IMG/VR virus record: IMGVR_UViG_3300043119_000732
DNA from: a virus
Taxonomy: Duplodnaviria; Heunggongvirae; Uroviricota; Caudoviricetes
DNA length: 64,000 nucleotides
Reading direction: 5' to 3' (one strand)
Shown: positions 1-10,657 of the stretch, piece after piece
Position numbering within the stretch: position 1 is the first letter of the stretch
How the letters are laid out: each line of letters opens with the position of its first letter
Translations under genes and position numbers: made by a program
Notes under the pieces: model-generated
Seen by the model: the letters and a program-made list of their open reading frames with translations, nothing else
What the model was told of the DNA's origin: nothing
Databases searched by the model: none

Positions 1-471
1 GTTAATGGTGTACTAACTAATTCCATTAGTACACCTACTAATTTATTATCTATTGACACTATAGTTAAAAATATTCTATACTTAGGTAATCAGAATTATA
101 GTGACAAGTCAATAACAGACTACATAACAAATCAAAAAATAATTGCAACAGGTTTCGATGTATCAGATTTTAATATATACAACATATCCTTATCAGATGA
201 CTTTATTAAGTATCTCTATATGAGAGGTATAACTATAGACAATATAAACATCGACTTCACTTGTGATGATAGAAATTCTATAGAAACCGTAGATAATATC
301 TTCAAGTATAACATACCTGGTAGATTATCTAATAAAGTATTAGTTTATATTAAAGGATTAGACGTTGATAGTACAACCGCAAGCTCTTTGACAAGTGTAG
401 TTAATGATAGAGTTAGATCTATACTACCTTCAAATATAAGCGATATTACATACAATCTTGACATACGATGA
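1..471 (+). CDS. 3' portion of a structural (fiber-like) protein that begins upstream of the window
   Basis: Frame 1 is open from base 1 to the stop at 469-471. It contains the listed 220..471 ORF. Composition is N/S/T/I-rich like the neighbouring fiber genes. Confidence 0.45.
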   Translation, partial: VNGVLTNSISTPTNLLSIDTIVKNILYLGNQNYSDKSITDYITNQKIIATGFDVSDFNIYNISLSDDFIKYLYMRGITIDNINIDFTCDDRNSIETVDNIFKYNIPGRLSNKVLVYIKGLDVDSTTASSLTSVVNDRVRSILPSNISDITYNLDIR

Positions 472-2171
472 ACATTTATAATTACACAGAAGGTGATACG
501 TTTACCTATAACGGGTCTGCATATACAGGTTTTTATAACCTGAAAGACAATATTGCATATGTTAATAGATATTATACAAATACTTCCGCACAATTACAGA
601 ACCAATCTAACATTTTAAATGATTTTATTATCAACGAAGGATATTTTAACTATACCCCGCTCACAGATACATCGTTACCGTATAACGAACAGGATATAAC
701 CTTTAGCAGTAATGAAATCGTAAATTCGAATTCGATTAATTTAAAAATTGGTAAAATCATTAGTAATTTTTTCGATTTATACAGACGATGCTCTGCATTA
801 ACTAATAACTTACCGAATGGTTATACCGCCTATGCGTCTGTTACTTCAAACGGAGGCACCTTATTAAACTGGAAATCATCAGCTAACTCCGGTGCATATG
901 GTATACAGTCTGTAAACCCGCAACTAACTGCAATAAGTGATATATTATTAGTAAAGAATTTTTACGGTGATAATCTAAACGTAGTAACACAGACACCAAG
1001 CGCATATTTCATATTTAATTTTAATAATCAATTTAATACATTTAGAGCAGTTGCATCTGCAACTGCGGTAGACGCAACTTCAAAAATAAACTTCTTAAAT
1101 ATATCTTCAATAGATGCAGATAGCAACGGTAACTTATATATTGCAGATAAGGATAATAAACAGGTTTATAAGATTAGTATTAACTCAACACTCAATAATA
1201 GTAGAGTTTCTTTAAATAACCCGAAATTAGTGCACATAATAGGTGGTTTGATTGAACCATCTGTTGTACGTTATATTGACGATTTATTATACGTCTATGA
1301 TAGATCTTCTTTTACAGTATACATATACAACTCAAAGATGACGTTTACTACAAAATACGTTAATAGTAAAGTATTTCAAACAAACGAACCCTGTTATATA
1401 GAGAAAGATGTAAATGGAAACTTATATATACTGACCAAAACAGGTGTAATTGTAAAATCGTCACCTTTATTAGATACTACAGCAGAGGTTGTTAGTACGA
1501 ATATCATTCTTGATATAGGCGAATATTGTAATAAAATCAAAATATCATATAATGATAGTAACATTGTATATGTTAGTACAACTAAAAATGTATATAAGCT
1601 ATTCTTAAACAAATTACAGAATAAAATAGGCAAATTTATATGGGGTAATACCACCATATCTTCTGTATCAAGCCTTTCATTTTCTAGTATAATTACAGAT
1701 AATAATTACGATTATATCATGATATATGATACCAATAGATTTATGCTGTTTCAAGAGCAAAATGATCTAACAAGTACATTACAAAAGAACCATTTTAGTA
1801 TATACAATGAGAGTAATATTTTACTACAAAAAGATTACGTTAATAACATAACGTTTAATAGAATGTTATATAAGTTGCTATACAATCATGATATATTTGT
1901 ATCTTTTATTCAGTCTAAGTTATCATATAATTATACAAATTATGATCTACTACTCGATAGCGTTTCTGTACTATCTGTAGACGATGTATCTAATATAAGA
2001 AAAGAAAAGACACTCGATTATTTTGTAGGTGTAAATGAAAATATATCACCCCAAGTTGTAAATCGTGTTTTTAAGAAAATACTTGATTATCAACATACAA
2101 TATTAAGTATTATTGAACCAACAATTATTAATACCAAGTATTCAACAACACAAGTTATACCATTTAATTAA
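468..2171 (+). CDS. hypothetical virion/tail-fiber-like protein
   Basis: 567 aa ORF, N/S/T/Y-rich. It is tightly packed with the following tail-collar genes, with 4-nt overlaps. Confidence 0.5.
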   Translation: MNIYNYTEGDTFTYNGSAYTGFYNLKDNIAYVNRYYTNTSAQLQNQSNILNDFIINEGYFNYTPLTDTSLPYNEQDITFSSNEIVNSNSINLKIGKIISNFFDLYRRCSALTNNLPNGYTAYASVTSNGGTLLNWKSSANSGAYGIQSVNPQLTAISDILLVKNFYGDNLNVVTQTPSAYFIFNFNNQFNTFRAVASATAVDATSKINFLNISSIDADSNGNLYIADKDNKQVYKISINSTLNNSRVSLNNPKLVHIIGGLIEPSVVRYIDDLLYVYDRSSFTVYIYNSKMTFTTKYVNSKVFQTNEPCYIEKDVNGNLYILTKTGVIVKSSPLLDTTAEVVSTNIILDIGEYCNKIKISYNDSNIVYVSTTKNVYKLFLNKLQNKIGKFIWGNTTISSVSSLSFSSIITDNNYDYIMIYDTNRFMLFQEQNDLTSTLQKNHFSIYNESNILLQKDYVNNITFNRMLYKLLYNHDIFVSFIQSKLSYNYTNYDLLLDSVSVLSVDDVSNIRKEKTLDYFVGVNENISPQVVNRVFKKILDYQHTILSIIEPTIINTKYSTTQVIPFN

Positions 2172-2179
2172 ATAATATT

Positions 2180-2860
2180 ATGAGTAATTTATCGACCAAA
2201 ACAATCGAACAAACATACAAATCTGTTTTAAATATCGGTACTGAAGCAGCACCTAATAACACATTAACATCGAAGCTTTCAGTTATAACCGATGGTATGG
2301 GTAATGAAAGTTCTTTTTCTATAAGTACGATAAATAACGGTGCTAGAGTTACAGGTCCCTTTAACGTGGTTGGTACTATCTCTGCCAGTAATTTTGATAT
2401 ACCCACGTCATCCGGTGCGTTTCAGTCGATATTAAATACTATATATCCTATAAATAGTGTATACTTTACTACTTCTAACTCAAGTTTTGCTAGCTTTTTG
2501 GGGTTTACATGGGTTCAAATTTCTCAAGGTAGATTTATAGCAGGTGTAGGTACTGGTACTGATAAAAATGGGAATACATTTAGCGTCAGTGTATGTGCAG
2601 GTAGTGATACCGTAGGTGAATATACTCACGGATTATCCGCTAGTGAACTACCACCACACAACCACGCAATACAAGCTACAGAACGTGTAACTAGTGATGA
2701 TGCTGCAAGTGGTAGTAGAGTACTTACTGCTAATCGTAACATAAGCTACTCTACTATTACTATAACTGGGTTAAGTGCTATAGGTGGATTAACACCCGCA
2801 GTACCGCACAATAATATACCACCATATTTTGGTCTGTATATTTGGCGCCGTGTTGCTTAA
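2180..2860 (+). CDS. tail fiber protein with phage tail-collar motif
   Basis: The motif GEYTHGLSASELPPHNHAI resembles the phage tail-collar fibre signature (GxxxHxH). Confidence 0.55.
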   Translation: MSNLSTKTIEQTYKSVLNIGTEAAPNNTLTSKLSVITDGMGNESSFSISTINNGARVTGPFNVVGTISASNFDIPTSSGAFQSILNTIYPINSVYFTTSNSSFASFLGFTWVQISQGRFIAGVGTGTDKNGNTFSVSVCAGSDTVGEYTHGLSASELPPHNHAIQATERVTSDDAASGSRVLTANRNISYSTITITGLSAIGGLTPAVPHNNIPPYFGLYIWRRVA

Positions 2861-5481
2861 CACAATAGCTGTGTGTTTCGTGCAAAAAATACTCTGTTAG
2901 TATCTGTTATTGTACCTGCACCCCATCTACATTTACCTGTAATGTATGTCTGACCATCCGCTGTTAAGATAGTTGTTGTACCACCTATTGCATCAGTAAA
3001 GTTGCAATATATATCAACGATTGATGATGTTATATTGAAGTTTACCGGTGTAAATGAATTACGCTGAACGTAATCTCCAAGACCTAGCTGACCTTGAGCG
3101 TTGTAACCTGTAGCAAATATTCTATTAGTATTTTTTTCTTTAGCAAATACATGTGGTTCTGGACTATTTACCCCGGAGATATATATTTGCTCAATATCTA
3201 TACCATCTAAAGATGTTATAGCTGATAGTTGTCTTGCATTTGTAGTAACACCTGTACCTAACTGGCCACTGCTATTCTCACCACAACCATAAATACGAGT
3301 ACTACCGTTAGCCTCACGTCTCTTAACAATTAAAAAAGGAGGTTGACCATTACCACCACCCACCCATGCACTTAGTACATTTGTTGTTACTAGTACAGGT
3401 ATACTATTTGTTTCGGTGACAGAATTGTTACCAAAGTTACCCCATTCACCGCGCCCCCAGCCATATAATCTACCACCACTAAGTGAAAGGTTATTACCAG
3501 CGCTTAATGCATAGAATGCAGTGGATGCATCATAACCTCCTGCATAAACAGCTACTATACCTGATAATGGTTGTGTAGTCGCTAGAGGATTAACGACAGA
3601 TAACCAGGTTGTATTTGTACTGGTTGTTGTATTGTTACCCATTTGACCGTAACCACCATAACCTACCATGCGTACTTGACTATTCGCAAGCAATGCGCAG
3701 TATGTTTCAGGTACAGTACTAAGATTATAACCACCCGCAGCAACTACATCAACAACCGGTATAACTGACCCAAGCACTAAACCTGGATTACCTATACCAG
3801 TATTTGTTGTTGTTCCATTACCTAGTTGGCCAAAACCATTATGGCCAAAGCTATAAAGGCGTCCATTTGAATCTAATGCCATGGTTGATAGATTTCGGTC
3901 ATCGTAAGATAATATCATTTTTGTAATATTAGAGAGATTACATTGCGTAGGGTATGATATAGTACTGGTTGTACCTCCTACACCCAACTGACCGTAATCG
4001 TTTCTACCCATAGCATAAACATTTCCAGCTGTTGTTAAAATAAATGTTTTATCGTCAGTTGTAAATAATTTACTAACTTTTACGTTATTTGGTAGTGGGA
4101 CTATAGCACCTGGTGCATATACATTTAGTGTACCAAATCTATTATAAGCAGAATTTTCACCTATCACTCTAGCATTACCTTCGTAATCAACAAAAGCAAA
4201 ACCATCACCTACAAATCTGCGATTGTTAGAATTTTCAGGAAATTGTCTTACAATTTGCGGTACCGGTTGATTTACTAAAGTTAGTCTATTTAGACCATCA
4301 AAACCTATTGATGTATTATCAACACGTACTTGTAATGTACCACCTGAAAGATCTATATTACCTGTGGCTGTATTAGCAGATAAACCAGGTCCTACAATTA
4401 AATTAAAGTTTACTTTTGGATCTGGTAGTGCTTTTATAATGTAGTTTGTTACTAAATATGGCTGAGTATTTGTATGTGATTCACCACCACCTGTTAATCC
4501 CATAGTTATTGATGAATCTGCATTACCTGTAGTACCAGAATTATTAAGACCCCAAGGTACCGTACTATCTCCTTGAGAACCAGTAGTCCTAATTGTTAAA
4601 TCGTGTTTGTGGGGTGGTATCTCTGCAATAGTTAGTGTATGAACGTATTCACCACCTGAAGTGCCTAATGTAAATGTGGCTGTATTTCCGGATACGTCAC
4701 GTACATTAGTACCAGAACCTACCGCTATTTTACCTCTTAAATCAGGTAGTTTATAAAGATCACCAACTTTTGGACCATATGTTTCACCTAAAATTGATGA
4801 TAACCCTGGATATTGAGTACCATTAAAAGTACCACCATTACATAGAAGATAGTTTGAAGGAGTAGATGCAGAAGCCCATGGCATTATAGCACCAATCGGT
4901 ATAGCATCAGCAAACACTAGTGATGTTCCAGACCCCTGTATAGGTTGAGACCATGAAAGATTACCTGCACCATCAACTCTTAAATATCTATCACCCGTAT
5001 AAGAACTTGGCCATGTATACTGTTTTGTATTAAACGTTGTATTACCTGTAACATTTAGTGTACTACCTTGTAATGTTGTTGCGTTTAGAGAGTTAACAGT
5101 AATACTTGTTGTTGTAGATATTTTTGAACCTAATAATGTACCATCAGCTATGTTTGTATTTGTTATAGTACTGTTAGCTATTTTAGAACCTGTAACAGAT
5201 TGACTTGCAATTTTCGACTCTGTTATTGCGCTATCTCTTATAACATTAGTATTTACAGCTTCAGAACCCGGAGACTGTTGTGTTGATATTAACTGTTCAT
5301 TACCTACTATTGCCCTTCTACTTGAATCAGCTGCGTTATAGGTAGGTAACAGATTACTGATTGAAATCTTTCTTGTTATTCCAGGATCTGAACTATTAGC
5401 CCTATCATTAACAATCAACTGATTAATAGTTTTATTAACACTAATCTCGTTAAGTTCTGAAATCTTGATATCTGTTGACAT
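2857..5481 (-). CDS. large tail fiber / host-recognition protein with RCC1-like beta-propeller repeats and tail-collar motif
   Basis: 874 aa. It has six or more RCC1-type repeats (YAMGRNDYGQLGVGGTT, YSFGHNGFGQLGNGTTT, GYGGYGQMGNNTTT, YGWGRGEWGNFGNNSVT, YGCGENSSGQLGTGVTT, GYNAQGQLGLGDYVQRN). It also carries GGEYVHTLTIAEIPPHKHDL, a tail-collar motif. Confidence 0.6.
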   Translation of the reverse strand: MSTDIKISELNEISVNKTINQLIVNDRANSSDPGITRKISISNLLPTYNAADSSRRAIVGNEQLISTQQSPGSEAVNTNVIRDSAITESKIASQSVTGSKIANSTITNTNIADGTLLGSKISTTTSITVNSLNATTLQGSTLNVTGNTTFNTKQYTWPSSYTGDRYLRVDGAGNLSWSQPIQGSGTSLVFADAIPIGAIMPWASASTPSNYLLCNGGTFNGTQYPGLSSILGETYGPKVGDLYKLPDLRGKIAVGSGTNVRDVSGNTATFTLGTSGGEYVHTLTIAEIPPHKHDLTIRTTGSQGDSTVPWGLNNSGTTGNADSSITMGLTGGGESHTNTQPYLVTNYIIKALPDPKVNFNLIVGPGLSANTATGNIDLSGGTLQVRVDNTSIGFDGLNRLTLVNQPVPQIVRQFPENSNNRRFVGDGFAFVDYEGNARVIGENSAYNRFGTLNVYAPGAIVPLPNNVKVSKLFTTDDKTFILTTAGNVYAMGRNDYGQLGVGGTTSTISYPTQCNLSNITKMILSYDDRNLSTMALDSNGRLYSFGHNGFGQLGNGTTTNTGIGNPGLVLGSVIPVVDVVAAGGYNLSTVPETYCALLANSQVRMVGYGGYGQMGNNTTTSTNTTWLSVVNPLATTQPLSGIVAVYAGGYDASTAFYALSAGNNLSLSGGRLYGWGRGEWGNFGNNSVTETNSIPVLVTTNVLSAWVGGGNGQPPFLIVKRREANGSTRIYGCGENSSGQLGTGVTTNARQLSAITSLDGIDIEQIYISGVNSPEPHVFAKEKNTNRIFATGYNAQGQLGLGDYVQRNSFTPVNFNITSSIVDIYCNFTDAIGGTTTILTADGQTYITGKCRWGAGTITDTNRVFFARNTQLLC

Positions 5482-5489
5482 AAGAATAT

Positions 5490-6119
5490 TTATACTCCTA
5501 CAATACGCTCTGAATTTTCAGTATTAATAAAGTTGGATGCACTGAGACCATAAAATGTTGTTTCTGATACAGATGTGTCTATTTCAGGGTCTGTCTTTAA
5601 ATAAATAACTGCCGATGATGTTTGCTGTTGTACTAGTACTGTTGAGTATGCAACAGGGTATATGATATTTTCATTACTTTCAAAATTAAAGAATGGTATA
5701 TAAACACCGCTATAATAAAGCATTTGCGTGTTTAGTAACGTTAAGTCCTTGTCTAGTATATTCTCTGCAACTGTGCATAGAGTAATACCAAATGTAGTTT
5801 TATATCCGTTTCTGTATAAAACATCTACAGTGATATAATCGTTTTTATTTTTAGGATAATATGTATAGTTTATTATAGGATTAGATATGAAAACCGTATT
5901 ACCAGAAATAGATGTTGTAATATCAAAAATATTTAATTCAGGTGTAGTACATTTTACTCTATATACACCGTATGTGCCTATATCAATACCAGTAAGATTG
6001 AATATTAAATTTGTACTACCCTGTATACTGTGTGTTTGGTAGAGAGTATACGACATAGATACAGGTTCATATCCTGATATGTATATGGTATATGTTGGTT
6101 TAGAAGTTAATTGTTCCAT
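5490..6119 (-). CDS. hypothetical structural protein
   Basis: 209 aa ORF in the minus-strand structural operon. Confidence 0.4.
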   Translation of the reverse strand: MEQLTSKPTYTIYISGYEPVSMSYTLYQTHSIQGSTNLIFNLTGIDIGTYGVYRVKCTTPELNIFDITTSISGNTVFISNPIINYTYYPKNKNDYITVDVLYRNGYKTTFGITLCTVAENILDKDLTLLNTQMLYYSGVYIPFFNFESNENIIYPVAYSTVLVQQQTSSAVIYLKTDPEIDTSVSETTFYGLSASNFINTENSERIVGV

Positions 6120-8466
6120 CTGTAAAAGTTTGAGTTGGTGTAGATACTATTGTTTGGGTTGCAAAATCACTAGATAATACATTTTCAGTGTAAAAGTTTT
6201 CCGTAACATTGTGGTTTAAAGGGCTGAAATATCGGTTAGTAAATATACTAAGCTCGCTATTCTTTATTCTAAATATCAGCACATGTATTAGAGGCATGAA
6301 ATTAAGATCCACGTAATTTGTAACCAAACAAAACGCATTAGTTTTTGTGTTAAATATTAACTTTGACTGTCTTATCTTTACAATATTCGTAGTCATACTA
6401 TCAAACGTAAATATTTCAGCAAAAGTACTTTCATTTGTTGTTCTGTTATCCAGTATTGTAAACCTTGTAGCCGTCTTTAGATTATATTTGTATATAGAAT
6501 GAATAACATATTTGGTGTTTACGTTATTTTTTGTTTCTAATTTAATATAATATATATCATCACCTACTCTATATGGGTTGGTAATAGCAGTTATATCGGC
6601 ACCGACACTTGGTTGTCTGTTGTATTCTAATATTACAGGTATATCACCTGTTGCTTTTAATTTTGTATCATATGTAAATCTATCTATGACAACATAATTC
6701 AACGTCTTAATAAAATATACATTACCGAACATTGCTAAGTCTAAGACAGAATTATTCAACTGCTCATACAATACTGAGTTACCTACGTATTTTTTAAAGA
6801 CATTTTCAAAACCACCTGATAAAGGTGTTACATTTTCAGTAGTTATGTCGATAATAAAATAGTTTTTAGTAGATAACTGTTTAAAAGACAGTGTTTCTTT
6901 ACCATCAGGTGTTTCGGTTGTAAACTGTGTAGTTGTGTTATTAAAGTTTAAATTAGAGGGTGTACCACCTATAAAGCTACCTTCAACGTCTTGTTTAAAA
7001 TAAGAGTCCTGTGCAAAACTAATAAAGATATTACCAAAAATATCCGTATCTTTACTATATATATCACCTTTATCTGTAAATTGTTCTATACTATTAAAAT
7101 TACCACTATAGTCAGGAATAAAGTTTTTATTTTCTAAGGCTGTATAAGAAGTAAACTGTTGAGTACCTACATATGTTTTAGGTAAATTAGAACCAAAAGA
7201 GGTAGATATATTTCTAGCAACGCTAGCATCATCTAATATAAACGTTAGTGGTATATAGTTTTGTGTTTTTGATGTATTACTTATATTACCATACTTCGAT
7301 GGGTCAGGGAATACATAGATCTTATTTGATTCTATTTGAGACTTATCTATAAAATAATCAAAATGCGAATCCATCTTAATTATACCTTGATACGTTGGTT
7401 TAAAAAATAATCCAATTTGTCTCTCTGTTAATATTTCATCATTATCTACTGTTAAAGTTGAGGGATTAAAAATGTTTAAGAGGTTACGATGATACTTGCC
7501 ATTACTAAAGAGTTTACCTGACAATACCTCACCTAGTGAGTTGGATGATACGTAGTAAAAATCTGTACCAATATAATTTTTTACTAATTCGACATCAATG
7601 TTGTATTTTAAGTTAGTTCTAGTTGGTTGGGTATAATCAATAGTATCTGTAATATCTAAGTATGATAATTCTGTAGAATTTATATTTACTGCTAAACTAG
7701 TCAATTCTTTTAAGGTTATTACTTTACTAGATATTAACTTTCTTATAGCAGTATCTATATCAAAAAAATACTCAGAAACGATATTATTTGTATTTGACGT
7801 AAAGTATTGCTTACGTTTGCCTGTAGCATTATAAAAGTCTGGTGTTTTATTGGGATCTAAATCATAGTAATCATTAAAAACGTCATATTGTCTCTCTACT
7901 TCTATTACTAAATCTCGTATTATTGAAGATAGGGATTGAGTAGTTGTTAGATTTAATGAGTTATCATCAGTTGAGAATAAAGAAATTACAGTATCTTTTA
8001 TAACCTCTTCTATACTCTGTACGTTGCCTTTTTGAGATACAAAACTTAAATTTTTATTAAAAGTTTTCTTTTTATTTGCAAAATATAAACATATTTCTTT
8101 TATTTTTCTTGCAAAAAACGGTATAATAATTTCTAGATTTTCTGGGTTATTAACATCTAAATTAGATATGTATTTCTTTTCTTCAGCAGAAGTATATTTT
8201 ATTTTTATTTCTGTTAGAAGATTTAAGAACTGGTTCTGTGTATCAGAAAATGTAGAGTCATTATTTTGCTTTATTTTTTCGTTCCAGTTTTTAATGTAAA
8301 TAGTATATTGATCAAAATTTATTACACTATTTGTAACAGCTTTTGCATAATTGAGAAACTCAATAAACGAAAATAGCTTTACAGAATCATATTTTTGATC
8401 ATCTATATCATTTGTGATACTATTAAGTACCTCAAACGTAGTAATATTTTTTTGTGTCAATGACAT
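6100..8466 (-). CDS. hypothetical large structural (baseplate/fiber-associated) protein
   Basis: 788 aa ORF contiguous with the baseplate-like genes. No diagnostic motif seen. Confidence 0.45.
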   Translation of the reverse strand: MSLTQKNITTFEVLNSITNDIDDQKYDSVKLFSFIEFLNYAKAVTNSVINFDQYTIYIKNWNEKIKQNNDSTFSDTQNQFLNLLTEIKIKYTSAEEKKYISNLDVNNPENLEIIIPFFARKIKEICLYFANKKKTFNKNLSFVSQKGNVQSIEEVIKDTVISLFSTDDNSLNLTTTQSLSSIIRDLVIEVERQYDVFNDYYDLDPNKTPDFYNATGKRKQYFTSNTNNIVSEYFFDIDTAIRKLISSKVITLKELTSLAVNINSTELSYLDITDTIDYTQPTRTNLKYNIDVELVKNYIGTDFYYVSSNSLGEVLSGKLFSNGKYHRNLLNIFNPSTLTVDNDEILTERQIGLFFKPTYQGIIKMDSHFDYFIDKSQIESNKIYVFPDPSKYGNISNTSKTQNYIPLTFILDDASVARNISTSFGSNLPKTYVGTQQFTSYTALENKNFIPDYSGNFNSIEQFTDKGDIYSKDTDIFGNIFISFAQDSYFKQDVEGSFIGGTPSNLNFNNTTTQFTTETPDGKETLSFKQLSTKNYFIIDITTENVTPLSGGFENVFKKYVGNSVLYEQLNNSVLDLAMFGNVYFIKTLNYVVIDRFTYDTKLKATGDIPVILEYNRQPSVGADITAITNPYRVGDDIYYIKLETKNNVNTKYVIHSIYKYNLKTATRFTILDNRTTNESTFAEIFTFDSMTTNIVKIRQSKLIFNTKTNAFCLVTNYVDLNFMPLIHVLIFRIKNSELSIFTNRYFSPLNHNVTENFYTENVLSSDFATQTIVSTPTQTFTDGTINF

Positions 8467-8480
8467 TACAAATATATTTA

Positions 8481-9878
8481 TCAGGTAGATATGATACCTG
8501 TATTCGTGTATAGATGATAAACTAATATATTATCTATAATACCACCATCTTCTGCATATTGTCTATATGAGCTGCAGTTATTTAGATATGTATTCTTTGG
8601 GTTGTCGAAATCTATGTATTTTTGTAAAAGAGTATTATCAACTCTATCTATATACTCATAAAATTCATAATACTTAGGTATATCTACGTTTTCAAAGTCG
8701 TTAGGTAATATTAATCCCCAGCCCCAATCTGTGTTGTATGAAGATAATGCGTAAGATTTAAGAACCGGGTCTATATAAACCACATTTAAAGCATCGGGAA
8801 TTAAAGGTGATACTAATGTATAGTTACCGCTAAATTTTTCGTGAGCTATTACAGGTTTATAGTAACTTGGGTTCGTATTTCTGTATAAAACACCAGTAAG
8901 AAAATCTATTTTATTACCTTTATTTAGACCGTAAACAGTGCTATTTACAAAACCTTTATTATCAAAATTAAAGTTATATTGATTTTTACCACCTATTTGA
9001 TATGATAATGGTACGCAAAATATATTGATAAGTCTTTGAAGGCTTGGTGGGTATTGTAGGTTATAGTTTGTATAAACGTCTTTTATACTGTCTAGCATTG
9101 ATGTAAACTGAGGCAAGTTAGAATAAACAACATCGCTATTATTTTGTACAAAATTCGATATCTTTTCATATATCTCTATTCCTAGCGTATTTGGATCGCT
9201 AGAAGAATCACCTACTATTTGACCTAAAAAGTCTCTAAAAAATGATGTTTTGTCTTGTAATATCTGCTGTAATGCAAGAGACTCATATTGTGCGCTTTGA
9301 TTATTATCTTCATTTATAATTCTTATATTATATATACCTGCGCTAGGATATATATTAAATGTATTTGAATAACCAGTAAGTGAATACGTGTCATTATATA
9401 TAGCCTGTATTTTTACATCACTACCTGTTAAAGTAGATACAAAATAACCCTTAAAGAAACCACCATACTCTTCAGAAGATAAATCTTGAAAATTGCTATT
9501 AAATGTTGCACTTAAATCAGTACCGTTGCTGTCTACAATTTTAAGATCTATAGATGATAGTGGTATTAAAGGTATACTCTTTATAGGTACGTCGTTAGCA
9601 GTTTTAACTCTCACTACAAAATATACTTTTGTGTTATTAAACTTATTAATATCAATATTAAAGGTATTATCAGTATAACCTACACCGTCTATACCGTTCG
9701 ATGTTATAACTAACTTACTATCTGCAGAAATAACGTTCTCTACTATTTTAAATGTGGTGTAGTAGTATGTAGGATTTATTACTTCACTGTTATCGTAATT
9801 TATAAAATATGATTCAGCATCTTTTATTTTAGATGTATTGAGATGTGCAAATATTATTACTGGATAAGCGCTGGTCAT
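8481..9878 (-). CDS. hypothetical structural protein
   Basis: 465 aa ORF in the same operon. Confidence 0.4.
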   Translation of the reverse strand: MTSAYPVIIFAHLNTSKIKDAESYFINYDNSEVINPTYYYTTFKIVENVISADSKLVITSNGIDGVGYTDNTFNIDINKFNNTKVYFVVRVKTANDVPIKSIPLIPLSSIDLKIVDSNGTDLSATFNSNFQDLSSEEYGGFFKGYFVSTLTGSDVKIQAIYNDTYSLTGYSNTFNIYPSAGIYNIRIINEDNNQSAQYESLALQQILQDKTSFFRDFLGQIVGDSSSDPNTLGIEIYEKISNFVQNNSDVVYSNLPQFTSMLDSIKDVYTNYNLQYPPSLQRLINIFCVPLSYQIGGKNQYNFNFDNKGFVNSTVYGLNKGNKIDFLTGVLYRNTNPSYYKPVIAHEKFSGNYTLVSPLIPDALNVVYIDPVLKSYALSSYNTDWGWGLILPNDFENVDIPKYYEFYEYIDRVDNTLLQKYIDFDNPKNTYLNNCSSYRQYAEDGGIIDNILVYHLYTNTGIIST

Positions 9879-9886
9879 TCTAATAT

Positions 9887-10657
9887 TTAAGGTTTAAAAT
9901 CTTCATAGTAGTATATGCTTGCAATTCCTGATGTACCTACAAACACAGTAGTTACACCTGCAAACCCAGATGCTTCATTACTAAATAGTACTACTTGATT
10001 TGTTAATGGGTTTAGCTGTGCATATATTTTATCACAAGTAGTTGTTACTTCACTTATAGGAAATAAATCACCACTTAATGTAAACATCGAAAATAATTTT
10101 AAGTGTGAGTATTGATCTGTCTCATATGAAGATATAGATTGTAGTTGTGATTTATTTCCTGATACTGATAACCGTACACTATAACCTTCAGCAGACAGAG
10201 ATGTATATGTCTGAAATGAATTCATACGTGTTATCTGGAGAGGTATACTTGCACTCGAAGAATAAGCAGAATTACCACTTAAGTACGTAAAGGTTAGTTT
10301 ATCAGGTATTAAATTATATGCTTCTAAAGTAGGTATTATAGCCGATTTGTATAGGTTACCACCACTATCAGCAACAACGAGTGTTATATTATATGTACCT
10401 GGAACCTGATATTTATGTGTAGCTGTTAAGCTATTGCTTATGGTACCATCTCCAAAATCTATATAATACCCCCAATTTTCAATAAAATTCAACTGAGACG
10501 GTAAATTGTCAAATATCGGGTAACACACAACTGTATCTATATCACCACAGTAACATGATGTTGTGTTTTGATAAGTATAGTTTAATACACATAAAGGTAT
10601 AGTAACAACAGATAGATTATCATAACTATTAACAAAATTATATTGCAAATTAGGCAT
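9887..10657 (-). CDS. hypothetical structural protein
   Basis: 256 aa ORF that overlaps the start of the downstream gene by 8 nt. Confidence 0.4.
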   Translation of the reverse strand: MPNLQYNFVNSYDNLSVVTIPLCVLNYTYQNTTSCYCGDIDTVVCYPIFDNLPSQLNFIENWGYYIDFGDGTISNSLTATHKYQVPGTYNITLVVADSGGNLYKSAIIPTLEAYNLIPDKLTFTYLSGNSAYSSSASIPLQITRMNSFQTYTSLSAEGYSVRLSVSGNKSQLQSISSYETDQYSHLKLFSMFTLSGDLFPISEVTTTCDKIYAQLNPLTNQVVLFSNEASGFAGVTTVFVGTSGIASIYYYEDFKP

